The notes under the pieces were generated by a model. The model had not been told where the DNA came from and made no database searches. It was given only the letters and a program-made list of their open reading frames with translations. Below are positions 1 through 11,254 of a DNA stretch of 64,000 nucleotides, piece after piece. The number at the start of each line of letters is the position of its first letter. Within the stretch, counting starts at the first letter, position 1. The position numbers and the translations under genes were made by a program. The DNA is from Octopus sinensis (lineage: Eukaryota): the NCBI RefSeq assembly GCF_006345805.1, contig NC_042997.1, positions 201,810,001 through 201,874,000 on the forward strand. Reading direction: 5' to 3'.

Positions 1-125
1 ACTCAGAATGTAAAGACAGATGAAATACTGCTAAGCATTTCGCCTGGTGTGCAAATGTTCTTGCCAGCCCGCCACCTTGGAGTTACAATAATATTCTTTT
101 CTACTTTAGGCACAAGGCCTGAAAT
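1..125 (-). mobile_element. SINE family B, partial (head and degenerate tail)
   Basis: Matches the other B copies (ACTCAGAATGTAAAGACAG...GCCAGCCCGCCACCTT); cut by the window edge. Confidence 0.7.
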
Positions 126-1102
126 TTTTATTCTTATTCTGTCATAGCCCGTTTTGTGCTCATATGACTTTTCTGTTACTTTAAATCCGCACACTAGGCT
201 GACGCCCCAATACACACAGTTGTACTTGTGTTTATACTCTTTTTGTGTTAGTTTACTGTATTCACTCAACAGATTATTGTTGTTGCTATTATTATTATTT
301 TATCGTTATTATTATTATTATTACTACTGTTATTCCTATTTACAATTAAATTAAAATTACACTTGTGTTTTCACCAGCAAAAATGTGATTCATTAATCAA
401 AGTCTGAACAGAGATTAGTTTCTGCCGATACAATTACAATATTAGTTTTTGTTTCGTTTTTCCCTTTAACTATTGTCGAAGCTATTTTGTTATGATGGTA
501 TGAATTGGAAATTAACTTCTGTAAAAGCTAAATCGATTTTTAAAAACAAATGAAGATAAACTACTCATGTTGAGAAATATATAAGTAGTATTATGTTTTA
601 GTGGCCAAAGTTAAAATACATAATATATATTTGTGACTACTTTAGCTATGTAACATTACTCTTTTAAAAATCAGTGTCTACAAATCTATTAACATTATTT
701 GTATTTTTTTTGTTTTCTCATTTGTACATATTTTTTTGTTTTACTTTCAAGAAAATGAAATTTTAAGATATTTTTAAAAACAACACACATGCACACATGT
801 GTAATTTACTTTTTAATTCACACTTTGTATAAATTTATCTTCTTATAAAGACTTTCATTGTTTTAGTAAGGAAAAATTGAATTTGAAAGATTTTGCGAAA
901 TGGAATGATGTTTCCATTAATTATGAAGAGAAATAAAAATAAACTATGATGTAGTTACGACAACATTTAATAAGACTGGTGACAGTTTGACTATGGTGTT
1001 GTTGTTGTTGTTATATGACGAGAGATAGGACACTTAGAGCAGCGAAGAATGGTATAATCTACTATAAAATAGTCTCGTTATCATATTCAGTAGAGTCATA
1101 TA

Positions 1103-1327
1103 TATTTCTTTACTACCCACAAGGGGCTAAACACAGAGGGGACAAACAAGGACAGACAAAGAGATTAAGTTGATTACATCAACCCCAGTGCGTAACAGGT
1201 ACTTAATTTATCGACCCCGAAAGGATGAAAGGCAAAGTTGACCTCGGCGGAATTTGAACTCGGAACGTAACGACAGACGAAATACTGCTATGAATTTCGC
1301 CCGGCGTGCTAACGTTTCTACCAGCTC
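1103..1327 (-). mobile_element. SINE family B (tRNA-like head, Nin/Deu-like central domain)
   Basis: Minus strand reads GAGCTGGTAGAAACGTTAGC...GAGTTCAAATTCC (B-box-like)...TTTGCCTTTCATCCTTTCGGGGTCGATAAATTAAGTACC (Nin/Deu-like, from recall)...GTAGTAAAGAAATA. 13-bp TSD GTAGAGTCATATA at 1090-1102 and 1328-1340. Confidence 0.9.
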
Positions 1328-1354
1328 GTAGAGTCATATAGCATTGTGATACAC

Positions 1355-1515
1355 TGCTGGCATGGGTTGAACAGTTTGACTGAGGGCTGGCAAGCCAGAA
1401 GGCTGCACCAAATTGAAGCCTGGTGCAGCCTACTGGCTTTCCAGTCTTCAGTCAAACCGTCCAACCCATGCCAGCATTGAAAGCGGACATTAAACGATGA
1501 CAATGATGATGATGT
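1355..1515 (+). mobile_element. SINE family C 3' fragment with fold-back inverted copy
   Basis: Family C is defined by GTTGGCGTTAGGAAGGGCATCCAGC...AACCCATGCCAGCATGG...TTAAACG-(ATG)n. Here the 3' part (1421-1515) is preceded by its own reverse complement (1355-1410). Confidence 0.8.
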
Positions 1516-1799
1516 GACACATGCTTAACAAGTCATACTTAAAAACCTGGTCTTTCTATTAAAATAGTTTAAGCTTGCCAACTGGCATTTGTCAAAAGGC
1601 CAAGTGCTATTTATTTGTTTTAGTTCTTTATATTCTGAGTACAATCGCACCAAGGTCACTTTTGCATTTTGTCTCTTCATGGTTGATAAAATAAAGTACC
1701 TGTCAAATACTAGGATTAATGTAATCAACTGACTCCTTCCCCTTGCAGTTACTGGCTTTGTGCCTAGATTTATCTTTATCATCATCATCATTTTTAAGA

Positions 1800-2085
1800 C
1801 AGTGGTTTCCAAAGTGGGCACTTATTTTGTTATGACGGTATGAATTGGAAATTAGCTTCTATAAATGGAGGGTGTTGAAGAAAAATGGGACGATAAATGG
1901 ATGTAAAAAAACAAACAAAATAAAGGGTTAATCAGGTTAGGTTTTATTTGTGAAATACTGTTGTTTTGAATTTTGCTGCAGAAAATGGTCTCTGTCTGTG
2001 TTAGTGAGTGGAGAGGTGGGGGAGCATTGGGAAAGTTGGTTTAGAACCAAGGGGGTGGCAGCCTGAAAAAATTTGGGAACCACTG
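1800..2085. mobile_element. hAT (Charlie-like) MITE
   Basis: TIRs CAGTGGTTTCCAAA / TTTGGGAACCACTG; imperfect 8-bp TSD TTTTAAGA / ATTTAACA; splits the (CAT)n tail of a family C SINE. Confidence 0.75.
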
Positions 2086-2794
2086 ATTTAACATCCATGT
2101 TGTATGCTGGTATGGATTGGATGGCTTTTGCAGAACCTAATGGGTCCAAAGATTGCTTTGAATTTCAATATCTGCTTTGGCATGGTTTCTATGGCTGCAC
2201 CAACCATTTTATGTGAACTGGGTGATTTTTTCTTGTCATGGCACCAGCACTGGTTGGGTTGCTATACAAGGTGCAAGACTACAATCTCTTTCTACAAAGT
2301 GGGGTTGCTAAATAGAAAGAGAAAGGCAGCTTTATGTTGTGGGATGGAGACTTACAATTAGTAAAATAGTTTCAACTGGCAAGTGAAAGAACTAAATAAA
2401 TAAAAATTTAAATCTACCTAATTATTGATAGGAACAAGAGATTAGTCAATCCATATCCAGAGAAAGGCCACTTGATTGATTGGCCTAAAGTCTTTCATAT
2501 AGACATCCCAGCCTCTGGTCCACAAATGTTCTGTGTCTTTTCCCTGTCTCTGCCTTCACTGCTGTTTCTACTATGACCTCTGCTTCTGAGAGTTAGCTAT
2601 AGCTAACCTTGTTCCATCTTCATTCAAGCATTCTTGATTCACTCATCCCTCCACTAGCCATTATTTCTAGCGTGTCCATTCTCCATCAAGGTTTTCGGTC
2701 TTGCCTCTTTAGGACATTGCCCCATGCCCACCAAATTCCCTCTTTCTTGCATTTGTCAATTTGTAAGAGTTTATGTAAAACATTCTCTCTCTCT

Positions 2795-3135
2795 CTTTTA
2801 CTCTTTTACTTGTTTCAGTCATTTGACTGCAGCCATGCTGGAGCACCGCCTTTAATCGAGCAACTCGACCCCGGGACTTATTCTTTGTAAGCCCAGTACT
2901 TATTCTATCGGTCTCTTTTGCCGAACCGCTAAGTAACGGGGACATAAACACACCAGCATCGGTTGTCAAGCAATGCTAGAGGGACAAACACACACACATA
3001 CACATATATACGACGGGCTTCTTTCAGTTTCCGCCTACCAAATCCACTCACAAGGCTTTGGTTGGCCCGAGACTATAGTAGAAGACACTTGCCCAAGGTG
3101 CCACGCAGTGGGACTGAACCCGGAACCATGTGGTT
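2795..3135 (-). mobile_element. SINE family A (tRNA-like head, CORE-like box, internal microsatellite)
   Basis: Minus strand: GGTTCAGTCCCACTGCGTGGCACCTTGGGCAAGTG, internal (TA/TG)n, ...GGTGCTCCAGCATGGCTGCAGTC and a (GAGTAAAA)n tail. The 5' end is disrupted by a fold-back. Confidence 0.9.
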
Positions 3136-3185
3136 CAGTCTCACTGCGTGGCACCTTGGGCAAGTGTCTTCTACTATAGCCTCGG
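3067..3185. repeat. 54-bp-arm inverted repeat (SINE fold-back)
   Basis: 3067-3120 vs 3132-3185, 52/54 complementary, 11-nt loop. Confidence 0.92.
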
Positions 3186-3261
3186 AGGAGATAGTGTTAG
3201 TTGAAGGCTACCAAACCTGCTATACACAGACAACTTCAGCTTTATATATATATAGATATAG
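3181..3261 (-). repeat. Inverted duplicate of Helitron 5' end
   Basis: Exact reverse complement (81/81) of 3424-3504; the ORF track shows the same peptide on both strands. Confidence 0.92.
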
Positions 3262-3422
3262 TTACAGCCATGTGTATTGGGCCTACTTTCAGACCTAACA
3301 AAATAAAAACAAAGAAAAAAGTTTTATCATGATACTTACTTCTTATAAATAAATTCTATCCATCATACAACTGTTTAATTTCTTCAGTTGACCAAATGAC
3401 TTTTATTTTTACATTATATTAA

Positions 3423-3817
3423 TCTATATCTATATATATATAAAGCTGAAGTTGTCTGTGTATAGCAGGTTTGGTAGCCTTCAACTAACACTATCTCCTC
3501 CGAGACCCTGCGGTGCAAGTTGACCAAAATTAAGAGTATGATAGAAGAAGGCTTGCTCTTCATTCCGTACAAGATAAAATTCAAATCGGTCCATGTTAAG
3601 ACCAAAAATTATTTACATCAAAAAGGTGCTTTTTTTCTATGAAAATCCCTATTTTTTCCATTTTTTTTACTGCAGTGTCGCCATTTTTTGGTGTATTTCA
3701 ACCAGAAAATGTTCACTTAAAGAGAATAAAGCTACATAATGCAAAACTTTTACTTTTCAAAAATTCCAATTCTAAAGTGTCGAAACAAATCCGAGCAACG
3801 CCAGGCGATACTGCTAG
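3423..3817 (+). mobile_element. Non-autonomous Helitron
   Basis: 5' TC, subterminal hairpin CCGAGCAACGCCAGG, 3' CTAG, inserted between A and T, no TSD. Confidence 0.8.
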
Positions 3818-4198
3818 TTTTATAATAAATGTGATATTCAAATTTCAACATGAAGCTGCTGACTTGATAGAAGCATGCAAGATTATCTCCCATCTTTCCA
3901 ACAATAATCTTGGCTACCTTTTTGAATTCAATACCTCAGTCACTCACAGATATCAAAAATAAATAAATAAGTCAAAAATAAATTTAAAAAAAACAGAAAA
4001 AAAAGTTTGGACCATTCTAAATTTTGATTAAAGAACTTTTATACCTTTTCCTTATCGAGTGGCATCAAGTTTATTCACAAAAGAAAATAATATAAAAACT
4101 ATAATTGCTTCATTATAAGTGGATTCATTTTTAATACTCTTCCAAATCTTCCAGAACAAACTATATTATATATAGCTTTGTAAGAATAGCATTCCATA

Positions 4199-4209
4199 TG
4201 TGTGTGTGA

Positions 4210-4273
<64 letters not shown>

Positions 4274-4275
4274 GG
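4199..4275. repeat. Compound (TG)n(TA)n microsatellite
   Basis: Read directly. Confidence 0.95.
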
Positions 4276-5884
4276 TATATATGTTCAATCCTATTAATAT
4301 TTTAATTTTTTTAATTTATTTTTTGTCTATTTTTGTATGGCTTTAATTTTGGTATTCTGCATTTTTGAGATTACTGAAATAATTCGCTTCATTTTATGAC
4401 ATGGGGGAAAAAAAATTTCTTTTTTTTCCCCCCTTTTTATTTTGAGATTTATAATGTACTTTAGTTATTTCTGTACATTTCAAATTTGCAAACTAGAACA
4501 TTCATAATTTCTGTTAGTATTTCTTGGTAATTTTGATTTTTTGAATTTTTCGTCTTCAATTATTTTCTGACATTCAGTTTTTCTGCAACATTTAATCTGT
4601 TTTTAATATATATAAGAGAATTTCAAATTTACAATAATCTTATTTTAAAATTTCTCATCGTATTAAATACACCAAAGTTTTAAACTATCAAACATTGAAT
4701 AAACTGAAATCTTTATTGATAGCCTTCACTGTTTAATAGAACCATAGTGTGTGTGTGTGTGTGTGTGTGCACATTTGTGTTTGTATCATCATTTTCATCA
4801 TCAGTTAATGTTTGCTTTACCATGCTTGTATAAGTTAGATGAAATTTGTTGAAGCAGATTTCTACAACTGGATGTCCTTCCTTTTGTCAAACTTCACTTG
4901 TTTTTAAGTAAAGTAATATTTCTTCATGGTGGCCACATATTTTTCAGAATGACTAGAAACAAGCAACGTAGCTTGTATTATGCTCTTTTACAACCATCAG
5001 TTAATCCCTTACCCGGCAAAGACAAGTTAACTTGTCTTCACCCAATTTGTCTTTTTCAGGGTGCGATGAGTAAACTCGTCCAAAACATATCTCAGAAACA
5101 GCCACAGATGAGTTTATACATCAATTCTTGGCATTTCTCGGTTTTTATCATTTTTTTTTATTACAAATTACACCCATTTTCTACTTGAAAGAAAAAAAAG
5201 ATCATTCTGAGTAGGTTCATCCAGCCTCATCAATCATGTCACTCTCATCCACCTTTCAATAAACACACTAGAGGGCAGCACTTCCCCCCCAACCCTCACT
5301 TTCCCCTTCGAATGATACTTGAAGATATTGACGAGAGCTTAATGATGCTGATGATGATGATAGTAATAATAATAATAATAACAAGAGCACTAAGCGCAAA
5401 CATCCGCCAAGGTAACACCAACCTCCTCTCAACAATTAGTCAGAGATGATTTTTAAAATGAGAATATCTGAAATAAACTTGACTGCTCTTACAAATGAGA
5501 ATACTAAAAATGAACTCGACTGCTCTCAAAAATTAAGTAAAAATACCCAGAAAAATAATCCAGAATCCTTGTCCAGTACCTGATTAATCCCAATAGTAGT
5601 CATGAAATGTGAAGGTGGGTGTGCAGGCCTTGTTTGTAATGCTGTGTGTGTGTTGTCTGCAGCAAGAACAGGGGCAGTTTTCTCTATGGCCTTTTTTAAT
5701 CTATCCACTGATATATAGTGTCTTTACAACCATTAAGGGCTATAGCAAATAATTTATCCATGCATGAAAGAAAATGGAAAGGACCTGCATATGGTGCTGT
5801 TAACGAAGGTTTAACAACATTGTTGTGCAGAAAAATGTGAGTTCAAGAAGTAAAGCTTCCTTCAAGGCAGAGCTAGAAATGATT

Positions 5885-6110
5885 CTTATATATTGCCTAC
5901 AAGGGGCTAAACATAGAGGGGACAAACAAGGACAGACAAAGGGATTAAGTCAATTACATCGACCCCAGTGTGTAACTGGTAATTATTTAATCAACCCCAA
6001 AAGGATGACAGGCTAAGTTGACCTAGGTAGAATTTGAACTCAGAACATAAAGACAGACGAAATACCGCTTAGCATTGCACCCAACGTGCTAACGTTTCTG
6101 CCAGCTCACT
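5885..6110 (-). mobile_element. SINE family B
   Basis: Aligns by eye with 1103-1327. Confidence 0.85.
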
Positions 6111-6224
6111 GTTTTGAAAAAAAGTCGATGAGAGCTTGACTGAAGAGGAAGGTGTCTTCCCTCTTATCCATCTCACAACCTCTTTTGCCAGAGCCACTAA
6201 ACAGAAGCGCTAACAATAATAATA

Positions 6225-6960
6225 ATTCTTTATTAACCACAAGGGTTTACATAAAGAAAAACATTATGGACAGTAGAGGAAAAAACAAAGAATACATGTG
6301 TGTGAGTGTGTGTTGTTGAGAGGGTTTTAATGATAATATTGTCTCCTTTTCAGAATTGTAATGTTTTCAGTTTTGAGTTTCTGTTCTTTTATTTATTATT
6401 CAAGTCAGTTCTCTGATAGAATTGAAAGGAAAAACTTGTCGACTAAAACACTGGCAACTATTCAAAGTAACAAGGCTGCTAGAGACCTAAGGGAACTGTT
6501 CGCATAACTTTTTATTTCAAGAGATAATATAGTTCCATTTGAAGTTGTGTCTGTTATTGACTGATGTTATTGTAGTGTTATTCATTTATTCTCTCCGTCG
6601 AACGGTTATTTGCAAAGGGATTCTTTAGTCTGTTGGTAATTGTTCCAAAACAATCTATAAAATACTGTCAAAAACTTTTTGCTTTGAATCTATTATGTAA
6701 TAAAATTTATTGTTAGTTTGTCAGCTTTCTATGAAATAAGTACTTTTAATGAATCTAAAACAACTGTTTCATCAATGGTATTTCTGGAAATTCTAAAGAA
6801 ATATTTATTTAATCAACCTATTAAATTCTTTTGTTGTTGAACAATAATTCATTTACACAATGCTTTCTTAATAAACTATAACTTGATTAATGCTTCGCTA
6901 AAGATGATAACTTCTTAAATTTTAATATTTAGCAGATGCTGGTTTGTTAAAGGTATATTA
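6225..6960 (-). mobile_element. Highly decayed Penelope-like (GIY-YIG C-terminal) fragment
   Basis: Broken minus-strand peptides HNFKWNYII, CQ.., INKRTE resemble the Penelope endonuclease C-terminus; (TTA)n end near 6225; many stops. Confidence 0.35.
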
Positions 6961-6969
6961 CATTAATTT

Positions 6970-6972
<3 letters not shown>

Positions 6973-7012
<40 letters not shown>
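6973..7012. repeat. (TC)n microsatellite
   Basis: Read directly. Confidence 0.95.
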
Positions 7013-7016
<4 letters not shown>

Positions 7017-7419
7017 CCTTTCTCTTTCTGTCTTAATCTCTCTCCCTCATCTCTCTTTTTCCCTCTCTCATAGTGTTTCTTTGCTCTCAGGGATGTTATC
7101 AATGTTGTTGATGTTTCCATTTCTTATGAAAGTAGCTTAATCATTGGTCACTAGATTAGTGCTGAAGCTACAAGATGATCCTTGTCCCACAACTTATTAT
7201 TAAAGAGCTCTTTAATTTCTCCTGGTTCTTTCTCTCCTCAGCTTGTGACATGGAATATGATCCACAGCATCAATTCCTTCCCAGCATGATTATTTCATGT
7301 TATTATAGTCTTCAACTACCTTTTCCCAGTTTCTAGTCATGATCTTGGTGGTTCCGTGAAAGAGTTCCTTAGGTACAGCACTCTTATGCATGTTCAGGGT
7401 ACTACATCTGTTGGTTTTA

Positions 7420-7600
7420 GACAAATGAATTTGACCCTAGTACTTCTTTTTTTTAAAGACTGGTACATATTCTATCAGTCACTTTTGCCAAACTGCTACG
7501 TTACAGGGATGTAAACACACCAACACCAGTTGTCAAGAGGTGGTGGTGGTGGGCAAACACAGATGCTAAGTCACACACACACACAATAAATATATATACA
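7420..7600 (-). mobile_element. SINE family A, 3' half
   Basis: Degenerate match to 2795-2990. Confidence 0.7.
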
Positions 7601-7810
7601 TCATCATCATTGCTTAACATCTGCTTTCCATGCTGGCATGGGCTGGACAGTTTGACTGAGAACTAGCAGGCCAGGAGGCTGCACCAGGATCTAGTCTGAT
7701 TTGGCAAGGTTTCTACAGTTGGATGCCCTTCCTAATGCCAACCACTCGCAGAGTGTAATGAGTGCATTTTACATGCCACCAGCATAGGTGCCAGTCAGGT
7801 GGCAGTGGCA
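7600..7810 (-). mobile_element. SINE family C
   Basis: (CAT)n tail then GGATGCCCTTCCTAATGCCAACCACTC. Confidence 0.85.
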
Positions 7811-8039
7811 TATATATATATATATATATATATATAGGGATAATACATATGTATTGAAATTTTTTCTGATGTTTCAGATTTTTTATATATTCTAGGCTAC
7901 TGGTTTTAAATTGATATTAATTAAATTAATATCCAATCTATCTCCCTTGTTATTTAAATTATATATATATATATATATATGTAAGCCATGCCTGCATGGA
8001 AAGCGGATATTAAATAATGATGATGATGATATATCTACA

Positions 8040-8212
8040 CATGTACACACACACACACACACACACACACAACAAGCTTCTTTCAGTTTCAGTCTCCCAA
8101 ACCCACTCACAAGTGTCTAAACTGGTTTTGCTCAAGTTACCATGATGCATGTCTGAACCCAGGACCTCATGGTTGGGAAGCAGACTTCTTACCACACAGC
8201 CACACTTGTGCA
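8040..8212 (-). mobile_element. SINE family A, 5' half
   Basis: (CA)n then CTTCTTTCAGTTTC...CTTACCACACAGCCAC. Confidence 0.7.
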
Positions 8213-8214
8213 TT

Positions 8215-8410
8215 TGTTTGTTTGAACTAATGTAAAAAATGGTGAAGAATTTAGTAAAATAGTTTTGTTATTATTTAGTGTTTGAGGCATAAATTAACAT
8301 GAATTTTGTCGTAAGGTTTGAATTTAGATTAACTGAGATCACATTAAAACAACCAGTTTGTACCGTAGTGCCAGGGGCAGTCTCAGGCAGGTTGGTATCA
8401 AAATGGTTAA
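8215..8410. mobile_element. piggyBac-type MITE, partial
   Basis: Ends GGTTGGTATCAAAATGGTTAA; similar to 62542-62760. Confidence 0.45.
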
Positions 8411-8929
8411 TACTTGTTCTTGCTACAACAACATAAATCTGAGTTTATATTGGACTTGATAGGGAAATAATGAACATGGAAATCATGTATATTAAAATAT
8501 GCTAAAATATTCTAATATGTGAAAGCTTGGCCAAATTTCAGGGAAAAAATTAATCAAACAGATTAAAAATTGGATACATTTCTGAACACGCAGATGAGAT
8601 TTATTTGATTTGTTTAGTTTTCTTTTCCTTCCTTGCAGTCATATTATGCTGTATAAAAACTATAACCAATTCTAGAGAAACGACATTTTTATCGATATTT
8701 ATTGTGACTTTATGATCACTGATCCATAATTCATATAAATCTGAACTTAGATGTTTTCTGCTCAATGTTGAAGAATTTTTTTTTGTTTTTTTTAAACGCT
8801 GCTATATTAGTATTCAACTTTGGCTTTTGATATTGACCGTAGATTGCATATGCTTCATGTGTTATTTATTCTGGATACACATGTTCTCTTGCTCGCTCTA
8901 ACGTATACATACACAGGCATATACACGGA

Positions 8930-9202
8930 CTTACATACACACACACACCCTTGCATACATATACATGTGTGAGTGCATGCATGTATATATATATATCTAC
9001 ATATGTATATTATATATGTGTATGTGTGTATGCATATGTATATATATGCATGTATTTATATATGTGTGTGTGTGTGTATATATATAAATAAATATATCTA
9101 CATATGTATATTATATATGTGTATGTGTGTATGCATATGTATATATGTATGTATATATATGCATGTATTTATGTGTGGGTGTGTGTGTATATATATATAT
9201 AT

Positions 9203-9234
<32 letters not shown>

Positions 9235-9362
9235 ATATATATAGATATATCTACATATGTATATTATATATGTGTATGTGCATATGTATATGTATATATG
9301 TATGTATATATATGCATGTATTTATATATGTGTATGTGTGTATATATATGTATAAATATATA
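8930..9362. repeat. Compound alternating purine-pyrimidine tract with higher-order repeat
   Basis: Unit beginning TATCTACATATGTATATTATATATGTGTATG recurs near 8994, 9095 and 9247. Confidence 0.9.
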
Positions 9363-10144
9363 TGAAAGAAACAGAAAAAAACACACCAAAAACCTATAGG
9401 CTATAAACCTCTACCTCTGATAATCCTGATAACTGCCAGTAATTATACCTCTAGACTTTTTATCAATCATTTTGCATTTGGATTTTATGTTTATTTTAAT
9501 TTTTTTTATGTTTGTTTGTTTCTTTGCTTGTAAGTTCCTTTATCTCACTTGTGATCACATTATCTGCCAGCTGTACTATGACATCACCAGCATCACATAG
9601 GACTTTGGTAGGATGGGTTTTGAGTAGAGAAAGGAAGAGAGAGAGAGAGAGGGAGGGGGTGAATGGGGGGCAGACAGATATTTGAAGTACATAGCATATA
9701 TATCTTTAGAGTTGGGATACACTAATACAAAGCTGATGTGTTTCTCTTTTCCCTTTCTTTTCTTTATCTAAATAACTGCTTCCTCTTAATGGTGTGTGAG
9801 TGCATGTGTTCTGTTGTTTTCCGCCCTTTTTTTTCCATACTTGAATTGGTTGAATAAATGTTATTTGAAGCGTTGTTTTACAGTCAGATTGCCCTTCCTG
9901 ATTCTAACCTTTGCCTGGTTTTCTAGCAAAGGGCCTCTTGTTCTACATGGCTTTAAAAATATACTGTGACCAGATGATTTGTTGGCGTGAGACCTGACAA
10001 CAACAACACTGCCTTCCATAACTTACATGTAAGCACAGATGCAAAAGCACACACACACACACACACACACACAATCTCCCAAAGTCATGCACAAAGGTTT
10101 GATCAGCTTGGGACTATAACAGAAGATGCCTCAGGTGCTATATA

Positions 10145-10560
10145 TATTTCTTTACTACCCACAAGGGGCTAAACATAGAGGGGACAAACAAGGACAGACA
10201 AAGGGATTAAGCTGGTTACATCAACCCCAGTATGTAACTGGTACTTATTTAATTGACCCTGAAAGGTTGAAAGGCAAAGTCGACTATGGTGGAATTTGAA
10301 CTCAGAACATAGCGGCAAACGAAATGCCTATTTCTTTACTACCCACAAGGGGCTAAACATAGAGGGGACAAACAAGGACAGACAAAGGGATTAAGTCGAT
10401 TACATCAACACCAGTACGTAACTGGTACTTATTTAATTGACCCCGAAAGGTTGAAAGGCAAAGTCAACCACAGCGGAATTTGAACTCAGAACGTAACAAC
10501 AGATGAAATACCGCTAAGCATTTCGCCCAGCACGCTAGCGTTTCTGCCAGCTCGCCGCCT
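10145..10560 (-). mobile_element. Dimeric SINE family B
   Basis: Two tandem B bodies inside one 17-bp TSD GCCTCAGGTGCTATATA (10128-10144 / 10571-10587). Confidence 0.9.
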
Positions 10561-11254
10561 TATATATAACGCCTCAGGTGCTATATAGTGGGATGGAACC
10601 AACAATCATGTGTCTGAGAAGTGAACTTCTTAGGCACACAACCTGAAGGTGGGATTCAAAAAAGAAATCACAACAATATTGAATATTTTGATCAGAGTTT
10701 GAAAGAGAAAGAAAATAAATGCATGCCATTATTATTCTCTTTTACTTTTCCAAGTCTCTGGCCTGTGAGCATGCTGGGGCATAACCTGCAATGGTGTGTG
10801 TATATCATCATCATTGTTTTCTGCCTGACATGAGTCAGATGATTCATGTTGCTTCCCTGCATGGGTCAGGGCACCACATGTCATTTGTAAGTTTCATTTT
10901 AGGTCTCTACACCTTGATGCCCGTCTTTATACCAAATACTTTACTGTGTGTAATTGATTGCATGTTTACATGGCACCAGTACTAGGGAGGTTGTCATATC
11001 TTCAACAAGACTAAAGGCACCTCTCGACCCCACACTCAGCAGTGTGTACTGGATACATTTTATCAATCCACTGCTGTAATAAAATGCATCTTGTGCACTC
11101 AGTTAAGAGTGGGTTAGGGAATACCTTTAGTCTTGTCAAAGACATAACCTCATTAGTATCAGTATCATTATATACATTGATGATATATTTCAATGGAAAG
11201 TCTATGGAGAGTACCCAGCAGACATAATGTAAGTCTAGAACAAGGATGAATAAA

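Noticed and set aside
5020-5039. 20-bp perfect palindrome AAGACAAGTTAACTTGTCTT (similar short hairpins at about 2591 and 16485)
   Set aside because: Isolated, with no associated structure; the 16485 case is a common MITE internal hairpin.
6140-6165. CTGAAGA followed by a GGAAG/CTTCC hairpin (hammerhead half-core)
   Set aside because: No GAAA after the stem and no stem III or NUH.
7080-7400. Faint resemblance to a restriction-like-endonuclease LINE C-terminus on the minus strand
   Set aside because: Motifs appear only across several assumed frameshifts; not supportable by eye.
8973-9399. Long ORFs rich in Y/I/C/V/M (also 13257-13719, 60166-60413)
   Set aside because: Translations of stop-free dinucleotide microsatellites.
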